The position numbers and the translations under genes were made by a program. A stretch of DNA of 60,136 bases, filler included. It is 5 parts of 5 records of this genome, joined end to end, with 100 filler letters (N's around TTAATTAATTAA, not from the genome) between each part and the next. Parts side by side here need not be neighbours in the genome. Positions count along the whole stretch, not along the records: positions 1 to 11,141 come from DRR723986_13656; 4 more parts are not named here. One strand, 5' to 3'. The notes beneath the pieces are model-generated. The model worked only from the letters and a program-made list of their open reading frames with translations, had not been told where the DNA came from and searched no databases. This document shows positions 1 through 10,376 of the stretch, piece by piece. Numbering within the stretch: the first letter of the stretch is position 1; every line of letters starts with the position of its first letter.

Positions 1-681
1 CCACAGGATCGGGTGCATCTCGGCCATGTTGGAGCCCCAGAGCACAAAGGCGTCGGCGTTTTCAAAGTCGTCGTAGCAGCCCATGGGCTCGTCAATGCCG
101 AAGGCACGGATGAACCCGACGACCGCAGACGCCATGCAGTGGCGAGCGTTGGGGTCGATATTGTTGGATCGGAAGCCGGCCTTCATCAGCTTGGAAGCCG
201 CATAACCCTCCCAGACCGTCCATTGGCCCGAGCCGAACATGCCGACAGCCTTCGGGCCCTTGGCCTTCAGTGTTGCCTTCCATTTCTCGGCCATGATGTC
301 GAACGCTTCGTCCCAGGACACCGGTTCGAAGTCGCCGTCCTTGTCGAACTTGCCGTTCTTCTTGCGCAGAAGAGGTGTCGTCAGCCTGTCCTTGCCGTAC
401 ATGATTTTCGACAGGAAGTAGCCCTTGACGCAGTTGAGACCCCGGTTCACCTCCGCTTCAGCGTCGCCGTGGGTCGCAACCACGCGTCCTGCCTTGGTCG
501 CGACCATGATGGAGCAGCCGGTGCCGCAGAAGCGGCAGGCAGCCTTGGACCACTTCAGGTCGGTCAGATGCGCATGGGTAACAAGGTTCTGTGCGGCCGC
601 AGGCACGGGTAGTCCCGCTGCCGCGGCGGCGGCCGCCACAGCCTGCGCCTTGATGACATCACGTCTGCTTATTCCGCTCAT
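1..681 (-). CDS. napA: Periplasmic nitrate reductase catalytic subunit (5' part, runs off the window)
   Basis: Manual translation [23 protein letters not shown] (Tat signal), then CRFCGTGC...NRGLNCVKG [4Fe-4S] motif and [14 protein letters not shown]. The ATG overlaps the napD stop. Not in the ORF track. Confidence 0.97.
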   Translation of the reverse strand, partial: MSGISRRDVIKAQAVAAAAAAAGLPVPAAAQNLVTHAHLTDLKWSKAACRFCGTGCSIMVATKAGRVVATHGDAEAEVNRGLNCVKGYFLSKIMYGKDRLTTPLLRKKNGKFDKDGDFEPVSWDEAFDIMAEKWKATLKAKGPKAVGMFGSGQWTVWEGYAASKLMKAGFRSNNIDPNARHCMASAVVGFIRAFGIDEPMGCYDDFENADAFVLWGSNMAEMHPILW

Positions 682-962
682 TGTGTGTCTCCTTGAAGGG
701 AGGTCGGTGCCGCATCGGGCGCACCGTCTGTCTGGTGGTAAACAAGGGATGCGCTCACAACGCCGGTGAGCAGCTGGATATCCGTGAGGGCCTGTACGAT
801 TTCCGCTTCGTTCGCGGTTTCCAGTGTCACGATCAGGCGTCCCTGATCATCGGAATGGGCGATCTCGGCGCCGCCGAGTGCAAGAATGTCCCGCTCGACA
901 TCGGATATCGCTTCGGTCCGCGCATGAACGAGAAGACTGGCTATGTGGACTGTTGTGCTCAT
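678..962 (-). CDS. napD: NapD chaperone
   Basis: [15 protein letters not shown]...GRLIVTLET...[11 protein letters not shown] is the NapD signature; lies between napF and napA with ATGA overlaps. Confidence 0.93.
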   Translation of the reverse strand: MSTTVHIASLLVHARTEAISDVERDILALGGAEIAHSDDQGRLIVTLETANEAEIVQALTDIQLLTGVVSASLVYHQTDGAPDAAPTSLQGDTQ

Positions 963-1474
963 GCTGTCTGTGCATCCTCTTTGGGATGGACAATGGCCAG
1001 TGCATCCTGCGGACAGACTGGGAGACAGGCTCCGCAGCCCGTGCAGGCATCTGTTTCGATGCGAAGCCGGCCAAAGGGGCGTTTGGTGAGATCTATGCGG
1101 ATTGCCGAAGTAGGGCAGATATCCCGGCACACCTGGCAGGCAATGCCATGATCCTGCAGGCAACCCGGCTGAAATTCAGCCTTCATCGGCCAGGCCGGCG
1201 TGCGCTTCGTGTCAAAGACGTCCTGTGCGCAGGCTTCTGCGCATTTGCCGCAAAAAGTACATTCGCCGCCGTCGAAGACAACTTCCGGCCGCCCGGTGTC
1301 GTCCGGCCTCAAGATGGATTCGGGGCAAGCTTCGCTGCAGGCGTTACAGCTTGTGCAACGCGCGGCAACAAGGGCTTCGTCCGTCCAGGGTGGGCGAAGT
1401 CTCTGGATCTCCGGTTGGCTGGGCAGTTTCAGGAATGCTCTGCGGCTGGCCGAAAAATGAGGGTCGGGTGACAT
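959..1474 (-). CDS. napF: Ferredoxin-type protein NapF
   Basis: SRRAFLK, LRPPW and multiple CxxCxxCxxxCP motifs. Confidence 0.93.
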   Translation of the reverse strand: MSPDPHFSASRRAFLKLPSQPEIQRLRPPWTDEALVAARCTSCNACSEACPESILRPDDTGRPEVVFDGGECTFCGKCAEACAQDVFDTKRTPAWPMKAEFQPGCLQDHGIACQVCRDICPTSAIRIDLTKRPFGRLRIETDACTGCGACLPVCPQDALAIVHPKEDAQTA

Positions 1475-1478
1475 TGCA

Positions 1479-1634
1479 TCAGCCCGTCGGCGGCCCAAGG
1501 ACCAGCTGTGACATCCAGATGATAAAGCCGTAACCGCCAACAATTGCGACTGAAAGCGCCGGGGCAAGCAAAACGGCTAACAGGATGAACGCAATCCGTT
1601 CGTCCCGTTTGCTTGGAACAGTATTGTCCGCCAT
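1479..1634 (-). CDS. napE: NapE small membrane protein (51 aa)
   Basis: Manual translation MADNTVPSKRDERIAFILLAVLLAPALSVAIVGGYGFIIWMSQLVLGPPTG, containing the NapE VGGYGF.IWM.Q...GPP motif. GAGAGG RBS upstream. Below the ORF-track cutoff. Confidence 0.93.
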   Translation of the reverse strand: MADNTVPSKRDERIAFILLAVLLAPALSVAIVGGYGFIIWMSQLVLGPPTG

Positions 1635-1841
1635 AGCCTCTCCCTCAGCTTGCGGTCGATAGGGAATCAGGCACGGGGTGTTGATCTTGTTGTTCGCGCC
1701 TGATGAAAACTTAGGCGCAAGAGAGGTGGTTGAGATATACGTGATACTACTTAAAAGTTTGTTTCAAAAATTCGCAACTTAATATGTTTCAATGACTTGC
1801 AGCAGGGCTGCCGAGAAGGTTGCTGGCTCTGGAGGCCAGGC

Positions 1842-2297
1842 TCAACTCTTGCCGTAAACTTCGTCGGGATCGTAAACCCGATCGGTTTCCACGCGTTCCA
1901 GACGCACTGTTCCGTCGTCGCTCTTCACGGTTTTTCTGTAGAAACAGGAGCGATATCCGACGTGGCAGGTTGCGCCATTGCCGGCAACCGAAACCTTCAG
2001 GACCAGGGCGTCCTGGTCGCAATCGGTCAGGATTTCATGCACGGTCTGGATCTGGCCAGAGGTTTCGCCCTTCTTCCAGAAGCTCTGGCGCGAACGGCTC
2101 CAGTACCAGGCCTCGCCGGTCTCGATCGTCCGCTTCAGGGCCTCTGCATTCATGTAGCCAACCATGAGCACTTCGCCTGACGCCACATCGGTGACGACAG
2201 CCACAATCAGGCCGTCCCGGTCAAACTTCGGCATCATCAGATCGCCGTTTTCGACCGTTGCCTTGTCGCCGCGCTCAGTCAGGTGGGTATTGCACAT
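1842..2297 (-). CDS. hisI: Phosphoribosyl-AMP cyclohydrolase
   Basis: [32 protein letters not shown] motifs. Confidence 0.96.
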   Translation of the reverse strand: MCNTHLTERGDKATVENGDLMMPKFDRDGLIVAVVTDVASGEVLMVGYMNAEALKRTIETGEAWYWSRSRQSFWKKGETSGQIQTVHEILTDCDQDALVLKVSVAGNGATCHVGYRSCFYRKTVKSDDGTVRLERVETDRVYDPDEVYGKS

Positions 2298-2342
2298 GGG
2301 AGGAAAGCCCTTGTCGTCATTGATAACGCAAGGGCTGAAAAG

Positions 2343-2978
2343 TCAGAGACCCTTGCCGCGTACCAGTGACATGAATTTCGCCTGTTCGGCGGGATCGTCC
2401 TGGAATACGCCGGTAAACTGGGTGGTGATCGTGGAGACACCGGGTTTCTGGACACCGCGCATGGTCATGCACTGGTGTTCGGCTTCCAGCATCACGGCCA
2501 GGCCACGCGGGGCCAGAGCGTCGTCAATGACCGATGCGATCTGCGCAGTCAAGTTTTCCTGCGTTTGCAGACGCTTGGCGTAGATGTCGACAACGCGTGC
2601 CAATTTGGAAAGACCAACGACGCCTTCTGCCGGGTAATAGGCGATATGAGCTTCGCCGATGAAGGGCAGCATGTGGTGTTCGCAATGGGAATGGAACGGG
2701 ATGCCACGCACAAGGACGATATCCTTGTAGCCGCCAACATCTTCGAAAGTCCTTGCAAGATGCTCTGCCGGATCTTCGAAGTAGCCACTGTAAAGCTGGC
2801 TCAGTGCCTTGACCACGCGCTTCGGTGTTTCCACCAGACCTTCGCGGTCCGGGTCGTCGCCGGTCCAGGCCAGAAGCGTGCGCACTGCAGCTTCCGCTTC
2901 TTCACGGCTTGGCCGATGCAACTGATCCGGCGACTTTCTTTCGAAGGTTTTTTCTACCGGCTTGAGGACAGCGTCCAT
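2343..2978 (-). CDS. folE: GTP cyclohydrolase I
   Basis: [30 protein letters not shown]. Start chosen at MDAVLKP; an alternative start is at 3014. Confidence 0.96.
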   Translation of the reverse strand: MDAVLKPVEKTFERKSPDQLHRPSREEAEAAVRTLLAWTGDDPDREGLVETPKRVVKALSQLYSGYFEDPAEHLARTFEDVGGYKDIVLVRGIPFHSHCEHHMLPFIGEAHIAYYPAEGVVGLSKLARVVDIYAKRLQTQENLTAQIASVIDDALAPRGLAVMLEAEHQCMTMRGVQKPGVSTITTQFTGVFQDDPAEQAKFMSLVRGKGL

Positions 2979-3266
2979 GGGGATCCTCGCAATTTTACCC
3001 TTGTCACTCGTCATACGGCGCCCGCTGGTGCACAGATCAGAAGGTTCGGGCTTTTCAAGCCGCGGACCCTTATCATACTCCAGGCAAAAAGCGAACGCAC
3101 AGTTTCTGAGCGGGAGGAGCCGGTTTCTAGCGTGCAAACGTCATGCGAAAGACCAACTGCGACCACTCTGCCCCTTGCGAATTTGCCGTGGCGTCTGATG
3201 TATATATATGAAAGCAGTGCGCCATCAATGTGTCGCGCATCACAGGCATTCACGAAGAGGCGAGTT

Positions 3267-3719
3267 ATGCTCGACGACATTTATAACGCGAAGATCCTCG
3301 AATTCGCCGGAAATATCCCGCGGATCGGCCGTCTCGAGCATCCGGACGCAAGCGCAAAAGCTCATTCCAAATTGTGTGGCTCCACCGTCATTGTCGACCT
3401 TTCCATGAAGGACGGCGTCGTCACGGATTTTGCTCACGACGTCAAAGCCTGCGCACTTGGCCAGGCGTCTTCGTCAATCATGGCTCGAAATATCATCGGC
3501 GCGCGCGCAGATGAGTTGCGCGAAGTGCAACAGACCATGCGCGCCATGTTGAAGGAAGGCGGCGAGGCCCCCACAGGCCGCTTCGAAGACCTGAAGTTTC
3601 TGGAACCGGTCCGCGAATACAAGGCGCGCCATGCCTCGACGCTATTGACCTTTGATGCCGTTGTCGACGCGCTCGACCAGATCGAGGCAAAAGCCAAGGA
3701 AGACAGCGCGGTCGCGTGA
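3267..3719 (+). CDS. Iron-sulfur cluster scaffold-like protein (IscU/NifU N-terminal family)
   Basis: MLDDIYNAKILEFAGNI, SKLCGS, VKACALGQAS, RHAS; typical folE-adjacent alphaproteobacterial gene. Confidence 0.88.
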   Translation: MLDDIYNAKILEFAGNIPRIGRLEHPDASAKAHSKLCGSTVIVDLSMKDGVVTDFAHDVKACALGQASSSIMARNIIGARADELREVQQTMRAMLKEGGEAPTGRFEDLKFLEPVREYKARHASTLLTFDAVVDALDQIEAKAKEDSAVA

Positions 3720-3736
3720 CCGCAGTTCTGCGTCCC

Positions 3737-4087
3737 ATGTGTTCTTGCCATAACGAACCGCGAAAGCCGGATGGCCGATTGTCACCAATCGGATATGTAG
3801 CGATTGGGCTTATCTGGCTTTACCGCCATTCCCTGTCGCTCTTCATGGGGCGCACCTGCCGCTACGCGCCGACTTGCTCCGATTACACCGAGCAATCCAT
3901 TCGCCGCTTCGGCTTTTGGGCCGGGGGGTGGGTTGGCTTGTCCCGGGTTCTTCGGTGTAATCCCTGGGGCTCCTTCGGTTTTGACCCGGTTCCAGACACC
4001 TTGCCGCCAGATGCGCACTGGTTTTTGCCCTGGCGTTACGGTCATTGGACCGGCAAGCACATACCGCCGGAACATCGTCTGGACTAA
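3737..4087 (+). CDS. yidD: Membrane protein insertion efficiency factor
   Basis: CRYAPTCSDY and RVLRCNPWG..GFDPVP motifs. Confidence 0.92.
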   Translation: MCSCHNEPRKPDGRLSPIGYVAIGLIWLYRHSLSLFMGRTCRYAPTCSDYTEQSIRRFGFWAGGWVGLSRVLRCNPWGSFGFDPVPDTLPPDAHWFLPWRYGHWTGKHIPPEHRLD

Positions 4088-4165
4088 TCGCTCATCCGAT
4101 CTGTTGTTGACCTAACGTCAGGTTGGTGCAACGCTTGCCTCTCATGCCAGAAGGCGGAGGGAAGA

Positions 4166-5956
4166 ATGAGCGGACGCGACTTCCATTTCGTGATGATCAA
4201 GCCGACCCATTACGACGACGACGGTTATCCGATCCAGTGGCTTCGCTCCGCAATTCCTTCCAACACGCTCGCCAGCCTGAACGGGCTCGCAGAAGCGGCC
4301 CGCAACCGTCAGGTTCTTGGGAAGGATGTCCGCATCCATCTTCATACCTTTGATGAAACCAACAAGCGGGTTCGTCCGGAAAAGATTGCCCGGGATATCC
4401 GAAAAGCAGGCGGAAAGGCCCTGATCGCGCTGGTCGGGGTTCAGTCAAACCAGTTTCCCCGGGCGACCGACCTTGCCCGCAGGTTTCTCGGTCTTGGTCT
4501 GCCGGTTGCCATCGGCGGATTTCATGTCTCCGGCTGCATATCCATGCTGAATGAAATGCCGGAAGAGATGGTTCGATTGCAAAAGGAAGGTGTCGTCTAT
4601 TTTGCCGGAGAGGCCGAGGACGGGCGGTTGGACGATGTCTTCCGCGATGCCTTTTCCGACGATCTGAAGCCGCTTTACAATTTCATGGCGGACTTGCCGT
4701 CGCTGGAGGGCGAGCCGACCCCGATCCTGCCCACCCGGCACATTCGCTTCACGGCCGGATCGCATTCCAGCTTCGATCTTGGCCGCGGTTGCCCTTTCCA
4801 GTGTTCCTTCTGCACCATCATCAACGTGCAAGGTCGCAAGAGCCGGTTTCGTTCCGCCGACGATCTGGAGCAGATCATTCGCGATAACGTTGCACAGGGG
4901 ATCGACCGTTTTTTCATCACCGACGACAATTTCGCCCGCAACCGGGAATGGGAGCCGCTGTTCGACCGGCTGATTCAGCTTAGGGAGCAGGAGAGTTTCG
5001 ACATCAAGTTCATCATCCAGGTGGACACGCTCTGTCACCGAATTGACGGTTTCATCGAGAAAGCGACGCGGGCAGGGGTCAACCGGGTCTTCATCGGGCT
5101 GGAAAACATCAATCCGGACAATCTCATGGCCGCAAAGAAGCGGCAGAACAAGATCACCGAATACCGGAAGATGCTGCAGAAATGGCGGGCCCACGGGGCA
5201 ACCACCTATGCCGGTTACATCATCGGTTTTCCGGGGGACAACAAGGAGTCGGTCCTGCATGATGTCGAGATCATCAAAAAGGAGCTTCCGCTCGATCTGC
5301 TCGAGTTCTTTTATCTGACGCCGCTTCCGGGATCCGAAGATCACAAGGTGCTTTCAAGTAAAGGCATCTGGATGGATCCAGACCTCAACAAGTACGATCT
5401 CAATCACCGGGTGAGCCATCACCCGAAAATGAGCGATGAGGATTGGGAGGAGGCCTACCGGCAGGCCTGGGCAAGCTACTATTCGGATGGCCACATCGAA
5501 ACGGTGTTGCGCAGAGCCGCGGCGCATCGCAAGGGTCGTCCGGGCAACAAATTGTTCCTGATGATGTGGTTCAAGTTGATGGTCGAACGCGAAGGCGTTC
5601 ATCCGCTTGAGGGCGGTTATTTTCGCCTGAAATTCCGCACAGACCGACGCGGTGGGCTGCCGCTTGAAAATCCGCTGGTGTTCTATCCGCGGTATCTTGC
5701 CGAAATCGTCGCCAAACATTGGGTCTATCTATCTGCCGTCTGGCGGGTTTACCGGATCTACCGGAGGGTCAAGGCATCGCCTGACAGGCGGACGTATTCC
5801 GATCTTGCCATTGCCCCCATGAACCGGAGCGAAGAAGAGGATCTGGCGATGATCCGGGAAACACGCGGCGGCGCGGAAGCGGTTGCCAAACAGCTTCGCG
5901 ATGCCGCGCTTTCGAAGGCCGAAAAAGACCGGGCGAAGGCAGCTTCGGCCCTATGA
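4166..5956 (+). CDS. B12-binding-domain radical SAM protein
   Basis: GRGCPFQCSFC (CxxxCxxC), N-terminal IGGFHVSG and GEAE motifs, FFITDDNF. Confidence 0.88.
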   Translation: MSGRDFHFVMIKPTHYDDDGYPIQWLRSAIPSNTLASLNGLAEAARNRQVLGKDVRIHLHTFDETNKRVRPEKIARDIRKAGGKALIALVGVQSNQFPRATDLARRFLGLGLPVAIGGFHVSGCISMLNEMPEEMVRLQKEGVVYFAGEAEDGRLDDVFRDAFSDDLKPLYNFMADLPSLEGEPTPILPTRHIRFTAGSHSSFDLGRGCPFQCSFCTIINVQGRKSRFRSADDLEQIIRDNVAQGIDRFFITDDNFARNREWEPLFDRLIQLREQESFDIKFIIQVDTLCHRIDGFIEKATRAGVNRVFIGLENINPDNLMAAKKRQNKITEYRKMLQKWRAHGATTYAGYIIGFPGDNKESVLHDVEIIKKELPLDLLEFFYLTPLPGSEDHKVLSSKGIWMDPDLNKYDLNHRVSHHPKMSDEDWEEAYRQAWASYYSDGHIETVLRRAAAHRKGRPGNKLFLMMWFKLMVEREGVHPLEGGYFRLKFRTDRRGGLPLENPLVFYPRYLAEIVAKHWVYLSAVWRVYRIYRRVKASPDRRTYSDLAIAPMNRSEEEDLAMIRETRGGAEAVAKQLRDAALSKAEKDRAKAASAL

Positions 5957-6847
5957 TGGAGAGGCCGTAGCCTTGCGCCGAAGCAGCCGCCAGCCGAAGG
6001 TCATGCCCATCGCGGCAATGATGATCGCAGCCGCTCCGACAAGCTGCAGCGGTTTCAGCTGATGGCCGAAGGCAGCATAATCGACAAGGATCGCCACCAC
6101 CGGATAAATGAAGGAAAAGGCACCTTGCAGATAGGTCGGCAGCTTCTGCACGGCGCCATACATGAGGATATACATCAACCCCGTGTGAACAGCGCCAAGC
6201 GTGACAAGCGAGCCCCAGGCGATTGTACCTTCCGGCAGAGCGTTCCAGCTGACGAAGGGGGCAAGCATCAGGATGCCGACACAGACCTGTACCAGGGCGA
6301 TCAGCTGTGGAGGCGTTCCCGTCAGCTTCTTGGTCAGCAGGGCTGCGACAGCCCAGAAAAAGGCTGCGCCGAGCGAGAGTGCTATGCCGAGTGCATAATT
6401 TGAACCGGCATATTCGACAGCGCCGGGTTTTGCCTGGACGATCAGCAGGACACCGGCAAAGGCAATGACCAGCCAGCCGAGCTTGTTGACGGTGATCCGT
6501 TCTCCCAGAAACAGAATGCCGAAGCCGACCAGGATGAACGGCTGGGTATTGTAGACAGCGGTTGCCACGCCGATGGATGCCTCGGAATAGGCAGTGAAGA
6601 GCATTGCCCAGTTCACGACGATGGCAACGCCCCCTATGGCGGCAACGGCCAGTTTCTTCCAGGTCAGGTGCCGGCGGAGTAGGCCCTGAGCAGAACAGAT
6701 GACAAGTAGCGCCAACGCACCGAAGGCGCAGCGCCAGAACACAACGTCGATGGCGCCCTGGCCGGAAAGGACCACGAAAAGTCCTATCGTTCCCAGAATG
6801 GTCATGGCGGCGGTCATTTCGGTGGCGCCGCGCAATGTCTTGTCCAT
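5951..6847 (-). CDS. EamA/DMT family transporter
   Basis: About ten hydrophobic helices; VATAVYNTQPF and SFIYPVVA EamA repeats. Confidence 0.9.
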   Translation of the reverse strand: MDKTLRGATEMTAAMTILGTIGLFVVLSGQGAIDVVFWRCAFGALALLVICSAQGLLRRHLTWKKLAVAAIGGVAIVVNWAMLFTAYSEASIGVATAVYNTQPFILVGFGILFLGERITVNKLGWLVIAFAGVLLIVQAKPGAVEYAGSNYALGIALSLGAAFFWAVAALLTKKLTGTPPQLIALVQVCVGILMLAPFVSWNALPEGTIAWGSLVTLGAVHTGLMYILMYGAVQKLPTYLQGAFSFIYPVVAILVDYAAFGHQLKPLQLVGAAAIIIAAMGMTFGWRLLRRKATASPS

Positions 6848-6976
6848 TGTTGCCTCCAATCGTTTCAGGATGGTCTTCATTCTGCCAAGGAGATGGATGC
6901 GAGTACTTTTGATAAATCAACAGAAACTGGTATTGTTTTGTGAAATGTAAGCTTATCTGCCGATTGGTGTTTCGAA

Positions 6977-7435
6977 ATGAAGATGGATGAGACGGACATC
7001 AAGATCGTTGAAGCCTTGATTGACGACGCGCGCATGTCGTTGAAAGACCTGGCCACTCACGTGGGATTGTCGTCGCCCGGTGTTTCGGAGCGGATCCGCC
7101 GTCTGCAGGAGCGCGGCGTCATTCGCGGCTTTACCGTGGATATTGATCCGAAGGTGCTTGGATACAGTCTGCAGGCGATCGTGCGCATTCGACCGCTGCC
7201 TGGAAAGCTGCATATCGTGCAGCAACTCATTCAGGAAATTCCCGAGTTTTGCGAGTGCGACAAGGTCACGGGAGAAGACTGTTTCGTCGCCCGACTTGCC
7301 ATTCCTTCCATTGATCAGCTCGACGGAATTCTGGACCGGATTTCGGACAAGGCGGAAACCAGCACCTCGATTGTCAAATCCCAGCCGATCCGCCGCCGTC
7401 CGCCGCCCTTGGCTGTGGCTGAGAAGGCCTCTTGA
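6977..7435 (+). CDS. Lrp/AsnC family regulator
   Basis: DARMSLKDLA..VGLSSPGVSERIRRL HTH and VTGEDC; divergent from EamA. Confidence 0.93.
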   Translation: MKMDETDIKIVEALIDDARMSLKDLATHVGLSSPGVSERIRRLQERGVIRGFTVDIDPKVLGYSLQAIVRIRPLPGKLHIVQQLIQEIPEFCECDKVTGEDCFVARLAIPSIDQLDGILDRISDKAETSTSIVKSQPIRRRPPPLAVAEKAS

Positions 7436-7636
7436 GGCCCGCATTTCCGGGCCGTTAAGGCCTGAATGCAAAATGTGTTGCCGCAACGAAAATTCTCAAA
7501 GACAGCACCTGCAAATCGGTGTATTCCGCAAAGGCCGCCGACCGGTCCGTGCAGTCTCGAAACTGCCTCAGGGCCGTCGCCAATGTTGGATGGAGACCGG
7601 GTGCGGCGCACCGGCCTTTGGGTCTTTCAAGGCACC

Positions 7637-8767
7637 ATGGACAAGGCTTCGCCCCAGGCCGAAACCGGGGATATTCTCATTCGCACTGCCGAGCCCGGCG
7701 ATCTCGCCGAGCTGTTTCGCATTGAAAACGCCGCCTTTGCCGGAGATCGCATATCCCGGCGAAGCTTCAGGCGATTTCTGGAGAGCCCTCGTGCACGCGT
7801 TTTGGTCGCAATCGGTCCAGACGGACTGGGTGGGTACGCGCTGCTGCTCTTGCGCCAGGCAACCGCACTGGCGCGGCTCTATTCGCTTGCTGTGGATCCG
7901 GCCTGCCGGGGGCAGGGGCTTGGCGCAAAGCTGCTGGAAGCGTCCGAAGTTGCCGCCTTCGACAGCGATCGCATTGTGCTGCGGCTTGAAGTGCGTGCGG
8001 ACAACGAGGCGGCCATCGCGCTCTATCAGCGCAGCGGCTACCGGATGCTGGGCAGGGTAGAGGCCTATTACGAGGATGGCTGCGCAGCGTTGCGCATGGA
8101 AAAGCTGCTCCACGGTCCGGTGCTGGGCACCGGCAACGCGCCTTATTACTCGCAGACAACCGAATTCACCTGCGGCCCGGCCTGTGCACTGATGGCGGCC
8201 CGGCATTTCGACCGCTCGGTTCCGGCAGAACCTTTGACGGAACTCACCCTCTGGCGGGAGGCAACGACGATCTATCTCGCCTCCGGTCATGGCGGCTGCG
8301 GTCCCTTCGGCCTGGCCAATGCGCTTGCACGGCGCGGGCTTTCGGTCGAGGTCAGGCTGTTTCCCGACGAACTCCTGTTTCTCAATTCGGTTCGGAACCC
8401 GGAAAAGCGCAAGGTTCTGACCCTGGTACAGGAAGGCTACCGATCGGAAGCCGCGCAGCTTGGTGTTGCCCGTTCGGAAACCCCCTTGGAGGCAACAGCA
8501 CTGGCGACCGAGATATCAGCCGGTACGCTCGCGATCGTGCTCATTTCCGGCTACCGCATGTTCGGCCAGAAAGTGCCACATTGGGTGCTTGTGCATGATG
8601 CGGACGATCGCCACCTCATCATTCATGACCCGTGGCTTGAGCGCGAGCGCCATGAAAGTCCGGCAGATGCTGCCAATCTTCCCATTCCCTTTGCCGAATT
8701 CGACCGCATGGCCCGCTGGGGCCGCAGCGCGGTACGTGCCCAAATCCTGATACGAAAGGACGCCTGA
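7637..8767 (+). CDS. RimI-like GNAT acetyltransferase fused to a papain-like (DUF3335/C39-like) peptidase
   Basis: YSLAVDPACRGQGLG, LEVRADN and YYEDG in the N-half; YSQTTEFTCGPACALMA, PHWV and HDPW in the C-half. Confidence 0.87.
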   Translation: MDKASPQAETGDILIRTAEPGDLAELFRIENAAFAGDRISRRSFRRFLESPRARVLVAIGPDGLGGYALLLLRQATALARLYSLAVDPACRGQGLGAKLLEASEVAAFDSDRIVLRLEVRADNEAAIALYQRSGYRMLGRVEAYYEDGCAALRMEKLLHGPVLGTGNAPYYSQTTEFTCGPACALMAARHFDRSVPAEPLTELTLWREATTIYLASGHGGCGPFGLANALARRGLSVEVRLFPDELLFLNSVRNPEKRKVLTLVQEGYRSEAAQLGVARSETPLEATALATEISAGTLAIVLISGYRMFGQKVPHWVLVHDADDRHLIIHDPWLERERHESPADAANLPIPFAEFDRMARWGRSAVRAQILIRKDA

Positions 8768-8771
8768 TCCA

Positions 8772-10238
8772 ATGTCTTCCTGGGTCATTCTGGTCGACAA
8801 CCTCAAAGACCTCTCCAACACGGAAACGCCGCACAAGGTCATGACCGTGCGGGAGTATCTGACGCACCCGAAACTGTTTACCGGTGCCAAGCCGACCATT
8901 CTCAACCTGTCGCGCTCCTACGCTTATCAGGGGGCAGGCTATTACGCGTCGCTTCTGGCTGAAGCACGCCAGCACCGCGTGGTGCCGGTTGTCGAGACGA
9001 TGATCGAACTGTCCCGCAAGCAACTCTATCAGCATGCCTTGCCGGAGCTTGAAGACCGGCTGAACCGCTGCCTTCGCAAGATGGCACCGGAGGCCGCTGG
9101 TGCGGTCTCTCGGCTGCTGATCTATCTCGGTCAGGTTGGCGACCCTGCACTTGAACCCTTCGCGCGGCTCTTGTTCGACTGGTTCCGCGCACCTGTGCTG
9201 GAGGTTCTGCTGGAAGAGGGCGAATGGCGCAGCATCAAACGCATCCGGGTGCTGGCGGTAAATGACCTTGACACGGAAGAGCGCGCGCAATTTCTGGCAG
9301 CGGTGGAAAGCTATACGACACGTCCCTGGCGGGCGCCGAAACAGCGCGCACTGATGAAGTACGCGATGGCTGTTCTGTCCGATCCCAAGGAAGAGTTGCC
9401 GCCATCCTCCATCGCCTCTCTGAAGCACATGGCCAAGGTGGCGGCGCGCCACGGGGTTGAAGTCGTGCCGATCGGCAAGGGTGATCTCGACAAGCTGGCG
9501 CAGTATGATGCGCTGTTCATTCGCGAGACCACCAACATCGACAATCACACCTACCGCTTTGCCCGGCGCGCCGTGCAGGAAGGCATGCCGGTGATCGACG
9601 ATCCGGTGTCGATGATCCGCTGTACCAACAAGGTCTATCTGACCGAGCTTCTGGCAAGTCATGGCATCGCGACGCCCAAGACCATCGTCCTGTCCTCCCT
9701 GAAGGAGGCGGGTGACCTGGAAGCCAAACTCGGCTCTCCAATCGTTCTGAAGATCCCTGACGGTTCCTTCAGCCGTGGCGTGTTCCGGGTGACGGGCGCT
9801 GAACCCATCAAGGAGAAGCTGAAAGAGCTTTTCCAGGAAAGCGCCATCCTGCTTGCGCAGGAATACTGCCCGACGGACTTTGACTGGCGCATCGGTGTGC
9901 TGGACGGAGAACCGCTGTTCGCCTGCCAGTATCTGATGGCCAAGAAACACTGGCAGATCGTGCGGCACGAGACCGGCAAGAAGGCCGTCGAAGGCGGGTT
10001 CAAGACAGTTTCCATGGCCGAAACACCGCCAGCAGTGATCGATATCGCGGTTCGGGCTGCGCGGCTTATCGGTGATGGTCTTTACGGCGTCGATCTGAAA
10101 GTGATCGGCGAGCGGGTGGTGGTCATCGAGATCAACGACAATCCCAATCTCGATCACGGGGTTGAGGATCTTGCCGAAAAGGACGCTGTCTGGGATCAGC
10201 TTATCCGTTGGTTCGTACGCCGCCTGGAGGCGCGCTAG
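8772..10238 (+). CDS. RimK-family ATP-grasp ligase with N-terminal RLAN domain
   Basis: GYYASLLAEAR, RCTNKVYL, LKIPDGSFSRGV, DWRIGVL, YGVDLK, IEINDNPN. Confidence 0.9.
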   Translation: MSSWVILVDNLKDLSNTETPHKVMTVREYLTHPKLFTGAKPTILNLSRSYAYQGAGYYASLLAEARQHRVVPVVETMIELSRKQLYQHALPELEDRLNRCLRKMAPEAAGAVSRLLIYLGQVGDPALEPFARLLFDWFRAPVLEVLLEEGEWRSIKRIRVLAVNDLDTEERAQFLAAVESYTTRPWRAPKQRALMKYAMAVLSDPKEELPPSSIASLKHMAKVAARHGVEVVPIGKGDLDKLAQYDALFIRETTNIDNHTYRFARRAVQEGMPVIDDPVSMIRCTNKVYLTELLASHGIATPKTIVLSSLKEAGDLEAKLGSPIVLKIPDGSFSRGVFRVTGAEPIKEKLKELFQESAILLAQEYCPTDFDWRIGVLDGEPLFACQYLMAKKHWQIVRHETGKKAVEGGFKTVSMAETPPAVIDIAVRAARLIGDGLYGVDLKVIGERVVVIEINDNPNLDHGVEDLAEKDAVWDQLIRWFVRRLEAR

Positions 10239-10376
10239 GGCAACACCGCCGGCCAAATCAAGGGAAATGCTTCGGAAAAGGTTGCCGGATTAGTTTGAAT
10301 CCCGTATGCCCGGCCCGTTCCATTTCCTTTGAACAGCTTACCTGCCTTGTCTGCAGGAGTGAGCAGGAGAAAACCG

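Noticed and set aside
1640-1800. FNR or NarP box upstream of napE
   Set aside because: Only partial matches (TTGAT at 1681, TACTACT near 1745); no full TTGAT-N4-ATCAA or 7-2-7 site.
2475-3266. Long N-terminal extension of the IscU-like protein (414-aa ORF)
   Set aside because: The extension is antisense to folE; the family-typical start is at 3267.
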